64,000 nucleotides of DNA from a virus (IMGVR_UViG_3300023283_000076:64001-128000); one strand, 5' to 3'; positions 1 through 10,007 are shown, counted from the first letter of the stretch. The notes: generated by a model from the letters alone, not told the origin. Numbers and translations are program-made.

Positions 1-3
1 ATT

Positions 4-171
4 ATGAACAAACTTGAACAGCGTCTTATTGAATTAACTAAACAGTTATCTAATGCACGTAGAGATAATGATGAAGAATCTATTGAAGAATTAGAAGATG
101 AGATTGATGAATTAGAATATGAAATTGAAGAAGAATATAATCGACGTTATGAAACAGATTGGGATGATTGA
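4..171 (+). CDS. small acidic hypothetical protein (55 aa)
   Basis: ATG at 4, TGA at 169-171; MNKLEQRLIELTKQLS...ETDWDD; translated by hand. Confidence 0.6.
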   Translation: MNKLEQRLIELTKQLSNARRDNDEESIEELEDEIDELEYEIEEEYNRRYETDWDD

Positions 172-347
172 TAATTTTGTAATGGAGAAATAAACTAAAC
201 TGGAAACTGGGCTAGTTAAAAAGCCCCTGATATGGCTCATCAATATTAAGGTAAATTAGAAATGTGATCGGTATATTTTAGTTCGCAAATCTATAAATAG
301 AGCTATGTGCTGGTAGAGGTTGGAAAAGACATAAATGAAAAACTTAC

Positions 348-421
348 GCCGGTATAGTTAAATGGTATAACGAGGGATTTGTAACCCCTAATTTGCAGTT
401 CGATTCTGTGTACCGGCACCA
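348..421 (+). tRNA. tRNA-Thr(TGT)
   Basis: GCCGGTA/TACCGGC acceptor, loop TT-TGT-AA, GTTCGATTC T-loop, encoded CCA. Confidence 0.92.
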
Positions 422-430
422 GATTACAAA

Positions 431-504
431 GTCTCCTTGGTGAAATGGAATCACGGCATCCTTACAAGTTGCAGTAGGCGGATCGTAACCGTCAGGAGAC
501 ACCA
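431..504 (+). tRNA. tRNA-Val(TAC), atypical T-loop ATCGTAA
   Basis: GTCTCCT/AGGAGAC acceptor, loop CT-TAC-AA, encoded CCA. Confidence 0.85.
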
Positions 505-550
505 GCTATCATTTGACACTCTCTTAAAATTGTGATATAATTAATTCATA

Positions 551-1009
551 ATGAATAGGAAAAAGTTAAAAATGAAAAACCCCAAAACTATGCAAGAATA
601 TTTTAAACAGTCGTCCTTTACTGATGCCGAATTAAATTATATATACAATTTCATGGATACTCTTCAGAGAATGGTCAAAAGTCTAGGTATCGAATACAAT
701 GCAGTCTGGAGAACCATTTTTTCTGATATGCGACTGTTTGAAGAAATGATGTTTAAGCGTTTCAATATGATTTCGAATTATAGTAATTCAATTGAAGATA
801 GCCCTGAAGGGGTTGATAGTTTTTCAGTACCTTTTATTTTCAATGTAAATGTAAACGATAATACTATGCCTGATCACGTTCGTAATGAACTGTTCAGATA
901 CATATGGAATTTGACTGATGAAGAAATAGCTACAAAAATTTCTATTCCTGAAACAGAAGAAGATGAACCGGATGAAGATATTTTGAATGTTTTCCAAGAC
1001 AATTTATAA
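551..1009 (+). CDS. hypothetical protein
   Basis: ORF directly downstream of TTGACA..TATAAT promoter; no motif recognised. Confidence 0.7.
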   Translation: MNRKKLKMKNPKTMQEYFKQSSFTDAELNYIYNFMDTLQRMVKSLGIEYNAVWRTIFSDMRLFEEMMFKRFNMISNYSNSIEDSPEGVDSFSVPFIFNVNVNDNTMPDHVRNELFRYIWNLTDEEIATKISIPETEEDEPDEDILNVFQDNL

Positions 1010-1059
1010 ATTATGTGGTCATGATAGCATGGCTATGATCAGAACATACATATTGGAAC

Positions 1060-1578
1060 ATGGATAAAAAATTAATTTCATCTCTTAATATGCCTTCTAA
1101 ACATCTTAAGGCACTTCGAGATTGGCAAGCTACGAAAGTTAATACTTTTGAAGGTAAATGGTTCACAAAAGAACGTAAGATAAAAATTCCAACTGCCCTA
1201 GATATTATTAACAGATTAGAAAACCATTGGAATATATATGTTTCACCAATATTTCCAGAATATAAATGGCATAATTTTGGAGAAGCATGGCCGGTGAGTT
1301 ACAGATGTGTTGCAATAAATGTATCAGCAAAAGAATTATTCGCGTCGACCGTTATTCATGAAGTAAGTCATGGAATTGTGGAATGTGCAAAAACTTTTCA
1401 TAAAAATGGAAGAAAATTAAAAGATCCCGGCCATGGTGCTATATGGTGTGGGGTATATGCATATAATACAATGTTAATTACAAATAAAGATATCACAGGT
1501 CCTTTGGCCCTACATAATATTAAGCAGGTTAATCAAGATGACATATTAAAATTTCGAGACTATTTCAAAAATACCTGA
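1060..1578 (+). CDS. SprT-like HExxH zinc metalloprotease domain protein
   Basis: VIHEVSHGIVE zincin motif followed by GHGAIW. Confidence 0.6.
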   Translation: MDKKLISSLNMPSKHLKALRDWQATKVNTFEGKWFTKERKIKIPTALDIINRLENHWNIYVSPIFPEYKWHNFGEAWPVSYRCVAINVSAKELFASTVIHEVSHGIVECAKTFHKNGRKLKDPGHGAIWCGVYAYNTMLITNKDITGPLALHNIKQVNQDDILKFRDYFKNT

Positions 1579-1618
1579 AGTATGATACACTACCTAAACA
1601 CACAAAGGGATATTAGAT

Positions 1619-1876
1619 ATGAAACAAAATACAGATTATTCACCGACCACCAGAGTAACCCAGTTAGGAAAATTGGGTACTCTTACAACTACTATTAGAA
1701 ATTATAATGATGGAACATCTGAACTCCATCAGACACTTACCTTTCTAGATCAAAATCAAAATGTGCACGAAGTTGTATCTTCGACAGGCGACTTGATTTT
1801 TGGAAGTTTGAAAGATCTAAAAGAAGTAGAGGAGTTAACCGGGTGGATCTCTGGAAATTCAATTAGAGATGCTTGA
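1619..1876 (+). CDS. hypothetical protein
   Basis: co-oriented ORF; no motif recognised. Confidence 0.6.
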   Translation: MKQNTDYSPTTRVTQLGKLGTLTTTIRNYNDGTSELHQTLTFLDQNQNVHEVVSSTGDLIFGSLKDLKEVEELTGWISGNSIRDA

Positions 1877-1935
1877 CATTTATAATTTTATTTGATATTA
1901 TTAATGAAACATAAATCATAAGGATGTAAGAATTC

Positions 1936-2211
1936 ATGGATATTTATGGCATTATCCTAAGTATGGACCCGATGGAAAGATATATGTATGGGGTATCTGG
2001 GTTAGTATTTTTGATTCCGGGTGTAATTCCTTTTTTGCTTGCCAAGGTTCCTGATTTTGTATTTGATCGTTTGTTCTTCTTGTCACCGTTTTTAATCATA
2101 TATGTTCCAGTGTGTGTGTTTGTTATTGCCATTGGAGTTATATGTGGTATTATTTCTGGGATTGCTTTTACTTTTACTGGCATGAATATTATTCTTAACC
2201 TTAGCGGATGA
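1936..2211 (+). CDS. small membrane protein
   Basis: two hydrophobic segments; stop overlaps tilS start. Confidence 0.65.
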   Translation: MDIYGIILSMDPMERYMYGVSGLVFLIPGVIPFLLAKVPDFVFDRLFFLSPFLIIYVPVCVFVIAIGVICGIISGIAFTFTGMNIILNLSG

Positions 2212-2819
2212 TTACTCTACTTGGAAAAATTCCCGAAAAGATTGGAATTGCAGTATCTGGCGGAATTGATTCTATGGTTGCTTTGGACTTCATTCAAAGA
2301 AGTTATCGAGATATCACGGTTGTTCATATTAACCATGGTACAGATCATGCTCCCGATGCTCTAGAGTTCGTTAAAGAGCAATCTGAACGTAGAAAACTGA
2401 AGTTTTGGACAAATAAGGAAGATCAATATAAATTCAGCGTGGCTAATAATAAAGAAGAAGCATGGAGAAATTTAAGGTATTCTCACTTTGAAAAATTTGA
2501 TATTCCTATTGTTACTGCCCATCATTTGGACGATTGTCTTGAGACATGGTTATTTTCTACATTCAATGGAAAACCCAAAACAATTCCATATAAACGGGGA
2601 AATGTAATTCGACCATTTTTGTTAACTAAAAGACAATCAATTGTTAACTATGCTAGCAAACATGGTGTAGAATACATTAATGATCCATCGAATAATGATT
2701 GTAATTATATGCGTAATCAGATTCGACATAAAATTGTTCCAGAAGTATTGAAAGTTAACCCGGGTATTCATAAAATTGTGCATCGTATAATAAAGGATAG
2801 ATATGACAGAACTATATAA
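2208..2819 (+). CDS. tilS: tRNA(Ile)-lysidine synthetase, catalytic domain only (203 aa)
   Basis: IAVSGGIDS PP-loop, VHINHG, RNLRY, AHHLDD, IRPFL, DPSN, RNQIRH motifs. Confidence 0.9.
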   Translation: MITLLGKIPEKIGIAVSGGIDSMVALDFIQRSYRDITVVHINHGTDHAPDALEFVKEQSERRKLKFWTNKEDQYKFSVANNKEEAWRNLRYSHFEKFDIPIVTAHHLDDCLETWLFSTFNGKPKTIPYKRGNVIRPFLLTKRQSIVNYASKHGVEYINDPSNNDCNYMRNQIRHKIVPEVLKVNPGIHKIVHRIIKDRYDRTI

Positions 2820-3078
2820 TATCTTTCAAATTGTTATTGTATTAGTGGTTGGATATGTTATTGTATCTGCAGCGATAGCCTTTGAAAAAACAGTTTCTGA
2901 TCGTATACTAGCATTAATATATTTTTTATCAATGTTGGCAGGAATAGGACTTGCTCTAAAATTTTATTTAGAAAACAATCCTATGTTTTATTTGGCATTT
3001 TTTTTGATATTAATAATGTTTTATAATTTATATAAACTTATAATTGAAGCTATTGTTAAAAACTTTAGTGACAATTAA
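2803..3078 (+). CDS. small membrane protein
   Basis: three hydrophobic segments, overlaps tilS end. Confidence 0.65.
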   Translation: MTELYNIFQIVIVLVVGYVIVSAAIAFEKTVSDRILALIYFLSMLAGIGLALKFYLENNPMFYLAFFLILIMFYNLYKLIIEAIVKNFSDN

Positions 3079-3129
3079 GCTTGACTTCAGCATAGTTTTT
3101 TGATAGTATAATTAATACATTAAACAGGA

Positions 3130-3519
3130 GTGAAACAAATGAATGACAAAACAAACCCGAATCTAGTAACTCGTAATGGTCAACGAATCCATGTGATTCA
3201 TGATCGTGATAACCGTGCTAGTTATGGATATGTTCTACAACCGTCTGAAGATGGTCAAAATGTTCATGTTCGAGTAGCACGGTCTGTTTGTTCTAAGCAA
3301 GATAGCTTCAACAAGAAAGTTGCTATTCGTGTAGTAAAGAACCGTCTTGATTCTGGTCCTAAAGGTTCCAATCAGCATCGTATGTTTGATTCTACGATTG
3401 CGGTTCCAGTACCATCTAATTCTAATGAATGGCGTGAGCTAGACCAGACTATTGTTAGCCTTGCTAATTTGAAGCTTACTGAACCTGAAAAGATTCGCCG
3501 TTGGCATTCCAGTGAATGA
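3130..3519 (+). CDS. hypothetical protein
   Basis: follows TTGACT..TATAAT promoter and AGGAG. Confidence 0.7.
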   Translation: MKQMNDKTNPNLVTRNGQRIHVIHDRDNRASYGYVLQPSEDGQNVHVRVARSVCSKQDSFNKKVAIRVVKNRLDSGPKGSNQHRMFDSTIAVPVPSNSNEWRELDQTIVSLANLKLTEPEKIRRWHSSE

Positions 3520-3976
3520 AGAAATAAAACCATGTCCATTCTGCGGTAAATCCGTAGATATGGACGACGGCGACACATTATATCCAATTGGAGTATATTG
3601 GAGAGAAAGTGAATATGTTCCGGATGAAAGACATTATGTAGGGCACAAAGAACACAACCCTGAAACGGATCATCCATGTTACGGCATGCATTGTCCAGAG
3701 TCATCAGGGGGATGTGGAGCCCAAATTACTGGAGACTCATTAGAAGAAACTATTGACAATTGGAACACCAGAGTATATACTTTAAACATGTCTCAAAACA
3801 ATGAAAATTCTACAAAGGTAACACTTCAAAATAAGTATGGCACGTATACTGTTGAAGTTCCTAATAGTGACTTGACTATTAATGAAATGATGTCGCAGGT
3901 TATAGCTCCAGTATTAAAGGCTGCAACATATCCATCACAACTCGTAAACCAATACATAAACCCAGATATTAAATAG
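3512..3976 (+). CDS. Lar-like (restriction alleviation family) Zn-binding protein with C-terminal extension
   Basis: KPCPFCG ... CPESSGGCGA ... IDNWNTR pattern typical of Lar family. Confidence 0.55.
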   Translation: MNEEIKPCPFCGKSVDMDDGDTLYPIGVYWRESEYVPDERHYVGHKEHNPETDHPCYGMHCPESSGGCGAQITGDSLEETIDNWNTRVYTLNMSQNNENSTKVTLQNKYGTYTVEVPNSDLTINEMMSQVIAPVLKAATYPSQLVNQYINPDIK

Positions 3977-3987
3977 GAGATAATCTC

Positions 3988-4395
3988 ATGGGTACACGAA
4001 GCGTAACAAAATTTCAAGAAGATGGTGAAACCCTAGTAGCAATATACAGGCAGTATGATGGATACCCGGAAGTTGTTGGTAAAGAAATTTTTAATTTTTT
4101 GAATAGTATTACTATGGTAAATGGTATTCCTTGTACTGGTAAAGATGGAGTACGATATGCTAATGGTGTTGGATGTCTAGCTGCACAATTCATCGCAGAT
4201 AATAAGTATGATGTTGGCGGATTGTATATAACTACTCCAGATAATACACAAAAATTTAATTACACCATTAATTATCCTATTAAAGGTATGGGATATGATG
4301 ATCCTATTATTACAGTTGATGGGGAATATGGAGATTTGTTTTTCTCTGGTTCATTAGAAGAGTTTAAGGAATTTATTGAAAATTTCCAAGATTAA
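3988..4395 (+). CDS. conserved phage hypothetical protein
   Basis: AGGAG SD; MGTRS...YRQYDGYP...NGVGCLAAQ recurring phage pattern. Confidence 0.75.
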   Translation: MGTRSVTKFQEDGETLVAIYRQYDGYPEVVGKEIFNFLNSITMVNGIPCTGKDGVRYANGVGCLAAQFIADNKYDVGGLYITTPDNTQKFNYTINYPIKGMGYDDPIITVDGEYGDLFFSGSLEEFKEFIENFQD

Positions 4396-4404
4396 AAGTT
4401 TTTT

Positions 4405-4896
4405 ATGAATATATTCGACTTTAATGTTGGAGATTATGTAGTACTCGATTGTCCGAGTTATGACGGATTTGATCCTACAGATTTATATATGGTAAAAAAT
4501 GTTGAAAAATCTAGAATCATGATAGATAATTTAATTCGTGGGTTTCAATGGATAGGAGAAAATGGCCCGAAAGAATTGTCTCGCTGGCCTGAAGGTACAC
4601 AATTCAGAAAAGCATATAATCTAGAAATTGTGTTAGGGTTGATATACCATAGTAACGAACGTATATGTTTTTTTGATCATAAAATACCAGAACCTACGGC
4701 GAGTGATAAAGCAGTAGGTTTACTACTAGGTAAGTATATCGATGATGTGAAGAATTTTCCTTTGGATGATTATTTTCACAAAGCTTTTAGACAAATTGAT
4801 GTGATAAGAGAAAGTAGAATGGATGATATTGTTCATACTCTTTTGAATGATGCACCGTTGTTTTGGTATTATTTTGATAAATTCAAAGATGAATAA
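4405..4896 (+). CDS. hypothetical protein
   Basis: tightly packed co-oriented ORF. Confidence 0.65.
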   Translation: MNIFDFNVGDYVVLDCPSYDGFDPTDLYMVKNVEKSRIMIDNLIRGFQWIGENGPKELSRWPEGTQFRKAYNLEIVLGLIYHSNERICFFDHKIPEPTASDKAVGLLLGKYIDDVKNFPLDDYFHKAFRQIDVIRESRMDDIVHTLLNDAPLFWYYFDKFKDE

Positions 4897-4955
4897 AATG
4901 AATGATTTAATTGAAGCATCAATTTACGTAGGAGAAATTTAAAATAAATACAATT

Positions 4956-5708
4956 TTGAAATCATTTGATAGTTACTATATTCAGGCGTTTGAAGATGGG
5001 TCATGGAATGAAGTTTATGACCCGCATGTAGCAACTGTTTTCATATCAGAAAAAGCGGCAGAGGATTTTGCAAACAACAAAACCGATTTTAGTGAATATA
5101 TTACACTAATTAGTGGTTCTGATAATATTTTTGCAGAATACAATATTTTTGATGAATGGGTAGCTAATGGAATGATTCGTCGTCATTTTGAAGCTATGAA
5201 TCCTACATATAATGTCATGTATGATCCTGAAAAGCATGATTGCATGGATGTTCTGAAATGGAATTATCAGTTTGCTATCAAGGGCGATGATATGATGATT
5301 CATCAAGAAGTTTATAATTCATGGTGTAGTAGAATATGGGACCATTTCAATTTTATAAATGACTTCAACTCATATTGTTCAGGAGATTATACAGAAAAAT
5401 TTGTGAGCTTCGAAATCAAGGTTGATAGGAACGCAAAACTCGAAGACTTCAAAAAAGAATTAGATTTGGTTCTTGACAATTTTGAATTCAATTATGTAGA
5501 TAAAGATGGTGGGTTGATTATCAGTATCTTTGAACATGATCTTTGTGAAACTCGTTCTATGGTTCTCATTATGAATGATCGTGAAAACGATGAATGGAGT
5601 ATTGAAAACGAAAGATGTGGCTCTGCTTCACCTGTAATAAATCGAGAATCATTAGAAAAATGTTTCAAAAAAATTCGGAAAAAATATTGGTATTATAGTT
5701 ATTCATAG
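4956..5708 (+). CDS. hypothetical protein
   Basis: 250-aa co-oriented ORF, TTG start uncertain. Confidence 0.65.
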   Translation: MKSFDSYYIQAFEDGSWNEVYDPHVATVFISEKAAEDFANNKTDFSEYITLISGSDNIFAEYNIFDEWVANGMIRRHFEAMNPTYNVMYDPEKHDCMDVLKWNYQFAIKGDDMMIHQEVYNSWCSRIWDHFNFINDFNSYCSGDYTEKFVSFEIKVDRNAKLEDFKKELDLVLDNFEFNYVDKDGGLIISIFEHDLCETRSMVLIMNDRENDEWSIENERCGSASPVINRESLEKCFKKIRKKYWYYSYS

Positions 5709-5728
5709 TAGATTGGAGAAATATAATC

Positions 5729-5911
5729 ATGAAAACATTTAACAGTATATCATTTCCTGCTTTTATTTTTTTTGCAGTTATGTGTGTTATTCCATGGGGA
5801 TTTATGGTACACTCTTATGGAGTACTATATCAACTCGGTGGGGTAATTGTTCAACTAGTAGGATTGATTGGGTTGATTGGGTTAATTAAAATGTTTAACA
5901 AAAAGGATTGA
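5729..5911 (+). CDS. small membrane protein
   Basis: GGAG SD, two hydrophobic segments. Confidence 0.6.
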   Translation: MKTFNSISFPAFIFFAVMCVIPWGFMVHSYGVLYQLGGVIVQLVGLIGLIGLIKMFNKKD

Positions 5912-5956
5912 AAAAGTATACCACTATTAATTAAAATAAAAATCAAGAATAATATC

Positions 5957-5984
5957 TTGACAAAGTTTCTAAATAGTGTATAAT
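5957..5984 (+). promoter_or_regulatory. sigma70-type promoter with embedded CTAAATAG
   Basis: TTGACA-N16-TATAAT upstream of tRNA(CAT). Confidence 0.75.
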
Positions 5985-6108
5985 GTTTTATGTTGAATAA
6001 CAAACGAGACCTGACATGATCTTTCAGGCTCTGGACACTTTCGGGAAGGGAGTTGTTGTTCAACAATTTTAAAGTGCATAAGCAAGGTGTTACGAACACG
6101 ATTTTTAA

Positions 6109-6185
6109 GGGTCCATAACTCAATTGGTTAGAGTAAACCACTCATAATGGTTAAGTTGCAGGTTCGAGTCCTGCTGGACCCACCA
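6109..6185 (+). tRNA. tRNA with CAT anticodon (Ile2/lysidine or elongator Met)
   Basis: GGGTCCA/TGGACCC acceptor, AACCA-CTCATAA-TGGTT arm, encoded CCA; paired 1:72, so not initiator-like. Confidence 0.92.
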
Positions 6186-6322
6186 ATTAAAGGCACTAGT
6201 TCAATTTAATAATACTCAATGTATATAAGGTGACAGACCTTAAAGTATTTATTAATATAAACATGTAGGCAATTTCTCTTACTTTATCTTAAACTTTTTT
6301 AATAACATAAGGAGTTATTGAA

Positions 6323-6604
6323 ATGAATTTCGCAAATTTTAAAGATGCAAAGCATCCTAGTGCCAAAATGCGTAATGACGCGGTGGTGCATAAAGTGAAG
6401 GATTATGGATTTTCCGAAATCGGGGAAGAAAGAAGTTTTGGGATGTCATGTGCCATGGAAGTATTTCGTCTGTCGGAAAATTTCCTTCATCGTCAATATT
6501 ATCATCGTGATTGTGCTATCGAAGCATTGGAATCTGGTGATACTAATACTGCTCTAGAGCATTTGAAGAGTATTGGCGATAGTGGCCATGGAATAACAAT
6601 TTAG
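6323..6604 (+). CDS. hypothetical protein
   Basis: AAGGAG SD, co-oriented ORF. Confidence 0.65.
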   Translation: MNFANFKDAKHPSAKMRNDAVVHKVKDYGFSEIGEERSFGMSCAMEVFRLSENFLHRQYYHRDCAIEALESGDTNTALEHLKSIGDSGHGITI

Positions 6605-6799
6605 GAGTAAAAATGCTAAGTCATATTTTCAAATTCCCATATAACGAAAAAGAGTTACGTCAAATAACCCTTGAATCTATGGAAAATGACATAACATCCT
6701 TTATTAATGATATTATGTATGCTTTGTTATTAAATTAATTATTGACATTTACAATTCTCTGTGATATATTAGAAACTACACGCTAATTAGGATTTCTCT

Positions 6800-7078
6800 A
6801 TGAGATTTCTAAAGAATAAGAAACGTACCATCGAAGTATGGTTTTGGCATGGTGCGGTAAAGTTAAATAGGGCGCTAGTGCTCGAAATTCTTGCCTCTGA
6901 ATTACATAAATTGGAGTTGATGTATGAAGGGCCAGAACGTGACCAGAATGTACTAGGTATTCGATATTATGGGACAGTAGATGATTTTATAAATGCTCTT
7001 CCTAATCGTCCTGTAATGAAACTAAGCGATCCGGATATCATTTATACAACTCAATTTAGAAATTTCTCTCAAAGGTGA
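6800..7078 (+). CDS. hypothetical protein
   Basis: downstream of TTGACA promoter. Confidence 0.6.
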   Translation: MRFLKNKKRTIEVWFWHGAVKLNRALVLEILASELHKLELMYEGPERDQNVLGIRYYGTVDDFINALPNRPVMKLSDPDIIYTTQFRNFSQR

Positions 7079-7081
7079 ATA

Positions 7082-7660
7082 ATGGAATTTAAATTTATGC
7101 CAAACATACATAATATAGTTTATAACGCAATCCGTACCCCTGACGGGACCGTTCTTGAGTCTCGTCACCGTCATGATTATGTAGAATATACTGACGAAAA
7201 TGGTTATGAGTATATGGTGGACGGTGGTTTAGAGTATCTTCGTAGGGGATGGACACCTGATGCCCCTGATTATAAAGAATTGTCATTAGGTATTGATGAT
7301 CCTCATGGGAAAGTTCGTGAACATGCTAAATGGGGAACATATGGACCTAATGGAGATCAACCATTAAAATTTGTGACTATTAAAGAAATGTCAACAGATC
7401 ATATTAACGCATGTTTGGAAAATGTTCCTAGTATGTCTGATAAGATTCGTACTGTCATGGAAAATGAATTGACCATGAGAGAGCTTCCGCCAGTACCTAA
7501 AGGTATGATATACTTGGGTATGTCTGGTGATTTCAATCCTGTCCACGTCGATATTCGTGCATGTTTTTTGAAAGGTGATGAAGATTGGATGACATGGGAA
7601 AAAGATGTATTAGATGGTGATGGTTTTTCTTTACATTATGCCGGATATATTTCGAATTAA
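7082..7660 (+). CDS. conserved phage hypothetical protein
   Basis: NAIRTPDG..LESRHRHDY...VDGGLEYLRR recurring phage pattern. Confidence 0.75.
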   Translation: MEFKFMPNIHNIVYNAIRTPDGTVLESRHRHDYVEYTDENGYEYMVDGGLEYLRRGWTPDAPDYKELSLGIDDPHGKVREHAKWGTYGPNGDQPLKFVTIKEMSTDHINACLENVPSMSDKIRTVMENELTMRELPPVPKGMIYLGMSGDFNPVHVDIRACFLKGDEDWMTWEKDVLDGDGFSLHYAGYISN

Positions 7661-7694
7661 TTTAATTAAAAAGAAAACGAATAGAGTATAGAAA

Positions 7695-8027
7695 ATGATA
7701 TAAGAAACAGCACTAGATACCGTTTACGTTGTAAGGAAAAATGCGGATATGACCGAAGGCAGAGGCCCTATGGTTATTGTTTGTATATTCTCTGATCGAA
7801 AGGATGCAGAAAACTATATTGATAATAAACTGGGAGTAATGGGACGGAAAGCAGAGTGATCAACGGTGAAATATGGTGATTGGGATGTAAAAGAATATCC
7901 TCTCTATCATAGTTTAGAATTATTGGAAAAAAATGAGAAAGATGAGATGGCAGCAGAAGCTCACACAAGTGCTCTCAAAAAACTCACCGACAGAGAAATT
8001 GAAGCCCTTAAAAAAATAGGAATATAA
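7695..8027 (+). pseudogene. phage hypothetical gene with two in-frame stops (TAA 7701, TGA 7857)
   Basis: frame reads MI*ETALDTVYVVRKNADMTEGRGPM...GRKAE*STVKYGDW...KKIGI* and fills the gap between neighbours. Confidence 0.6.
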
Positions 8028-8030
8028 CCC

Positions 8031-8255
8031 ATGACATGTGAAAATAACACACGTAAAATGCCTAACGGTGAACTAACTGATAATGTATATGAATATCTAG
8101 ATAGTTGGCAAGAAATTTGCTCTGCTGTAGAAAAGAAAGGATTAACCGTAATCGGGTTTGATCCGGGGATAACAGTTCAAGACAAGGATCACCCTCACAT
8201 AACATGTGGTATGCCTCTTACTATTGTGAAAAAATTTCTTGACAATGGACATTAA
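8031..8255 (+). CDS. hypothetical protein
   Basis: co-oriented ORF. Confidence 0.6.
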   Translation: MTCENNTRKMPNGELTDNVYEYLDSWQEICSAVEKKGLTVIGFDPGITVQDKDHPHITCGMPLTIVKKFLDNGH

Positions 8256-8273
8256 AAATGGTATAGTATCAAA

Positions 8274-8486
8274 ATGAAAGTAAAAATTAGACATATAGAT
8301 AAAACGGTTTCAACATTTTTCACTGAATGTAAATTTACAGAATTTTATTTGATGATAAATTTTATCAATGAAGTTGGTGGAATTTATTATACTGAAACTG
8401 CGGAGTATGAACCAATCGTAACATGGTATCTTTGTGTTGATAATAATGAGTGTTATGCTGAAATTATCGTAGGAGAACATGAATGA
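8274..8486 (+). CDS. hypothetical protein
   Basis: co-oriented ORF after promoter. Confidence 0.6.
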   Translation: MKVKIRHIDKTVSTFFTECKFTEFYLMINFINEVGGIYYTETAEYEPIVTWYLCVDNNECYAEIIVGEHE

Positions 8487-8803
8487 TTAACAATGAATAC
8501 GAAACAGGACCAGGACCTCTTATGGTGCATATTACCTCAGAATATTATCAAACTCTTCTATGGGCTAGTGAGTCTATTCCAAAGCTGGTGGTAAATCTAG
8601 CAAAACGTGAACTTGAACTAGCTAATAAAAACCGTATTGATGAAAATGAATGGCCAGCGGGTCAAAGTTGGAAAGATTTAGGAAATTCAAGTAAACAAAT
8701 ATTCGTGCGTAGAGCATGTGAATCGGTTGAAATTGATCCAGAAAAATATATTAAGTTGATACGTGATCATACACCAGATCGTATTTTGAAAGAGATTGAT
8801 TGA
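8483..8803 (+). CDS. hypothetical protein
   Basis: ATGA overlap with upstream gene, AGGAG SD. Confidence 0.65.
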   Translation: MINNEYETGPGPLMVHITSEYYQTLLWASESIPKLVVNLAKRELELANKNRIDENEWPAGQSWKDLGNSSKQIFVRRACESVEIDPEKYIKLIRDHTPDRILKEID

Positions 8804-8864
8804 TGAATCATACATTAGAGTGTTGACACTTTTACTAAATAGTGGTATCATTATTTTATTAACT

Positions 8865-8941
8865 GCCCGAATAGCCCAATTGGCAGAGGCGTTTGACTTA
8901 GAATCAAAATGTTGGGGGTTCGACTCCCTCTTCGGGCACCA
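8865..8941 (+). tRNA. tRNA-Leu(TAG), short variable loop
   Basis: TTTGA-CTTAGAA-TCAAA arm, GCCCGAA/TTCGGGC, CCA. Confidence 0.92.
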
Positions 8942-8948
8942 AATTTTT

Positions 8949-9025
8949 GCGGATGTGACGGAATTGGCATACGTGTCAGATTCAAAATCTGAATTTTGTG
9001 GGTTCGAGTCCCACCTTCCGCACCA
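8949..9025 (+). tRNA. tRNA-Leu(CAA), short variable loop
   Basis: TCAGA-TTCAAAA-TCTGA arm, CCA. Confidence 0.92.
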
Positions 9026-9033
9026 ACATAAAC

Positions 9034-9111
9034 GGGCAGGTAGAGAATTGGAATATCGGCTGGACTTAAAATCCGGTGTCATTGTGGGTTCGAGTCCCAC
9101 CCTGCCCACCA
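9034..9111 (+). tRNA. tRNA-Leu(TAA), short variable loop
   Basis: CTGGA-CTTAAAA-TCCGG arm, GGGCAGG/CCTGCCC, CCA. Confidence 0.9.
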
Positions 9112-9180
9112 TTTCATAATATATGGAATTTAAATATATTAACTTTAACTCAAAATACTCATAGAAAAATTGAAACGTGC

Positions 9181-9402
9181 ATGGACGAAGCTTATACCAA
9201 GGTTATTGAGCTTCTTGCAGAAGAACTATGTGGAAAGCATGTAAGACTCTCAAATGGTGTTGCTATATTGGATGCGAATGGAGAGTATTACATAGATTCT
9301 ATTTCAGACTACAGCCCAAATGAAGAATCTGTTTATGTGGGTGTCCTTTCCAATGTTGATCCACAATTTTTTGATGAATTTGCATTAGTAGATGAAATAT
9401 AA
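9181..9402 (+). CDS. hypothetical protein
   Basis: MDEAYTKVIELL...; start moved from the ORF-track start, which lies inside a tRNA. Confidence 0.55.
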   Translation: MDEAYTKVIELLAEELCGKHVRLSNGVAILDANGEYYIDSISDYSPNEESVYVGVLSNVDPQFFDEFALVDEI

Positions 9403-9703
9403 TTAATATGGATTTAGTTATGTATCGTAATAATATAGATCCTATACCTAAAAGAGAAGAGGAAGAAGACTATGATTAGACGTATTATTTTAACATTTTT
9501 ACCTTGGTGTATACTTGTAACTATTGCATGTGTTATCGCAATCCAGATTAATGCAAGTTTATCTATTGCGATATTATTAGGCGGAATTTCAAGTACAATT
9601 GGCGTAGTTAGTGGAGTTTTAATATATGATAACATTGAGAAATGATTAATATAGAAGAAACTCTTGACAAAACTGCTAAATAGTGTTAATATTAATTGAA
9701 TAT

Positions 9704-9789
9704 GGGTGAGATGGGAGAATCGGTACTCCTGCCGGGCTGTAACCCCGGTGCCTTAGTGCATGTTGGTTCGAATCCAACCTCACCCACCA
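9704..9789 (+). tRNA. tRNA-Tyr(GTA)
   Basis: CCGGG-CTGTAAC-CCCGG arm, long variable arm, CCA. Confidence 0.88.
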
Positions 9790-9848
9790 GATGAAGAAAT
9801 ACTTGATTAAAGTTTTCAAAAGATGTAATATTAGATAAATAGAAACAT

Positions 9849-9925
<77 letters not shown>

Positions 9926-9931
9926 ATTTAC

Positions 9932-10007
9932 ACCCTTGTAGCTCAACTGGAAGAGCAAGAGATTTCTACTCTCTAGGTTGCGGGTTCGAGTCCTGCCGAG
10001 GGTGCCA
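9932..10007 (+). tRNA. tRNA-Arg(TCT)
   Basis: AGAGA-TTTCTAC-TCTCT arm, GCCA end. Confidence 0.92.
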
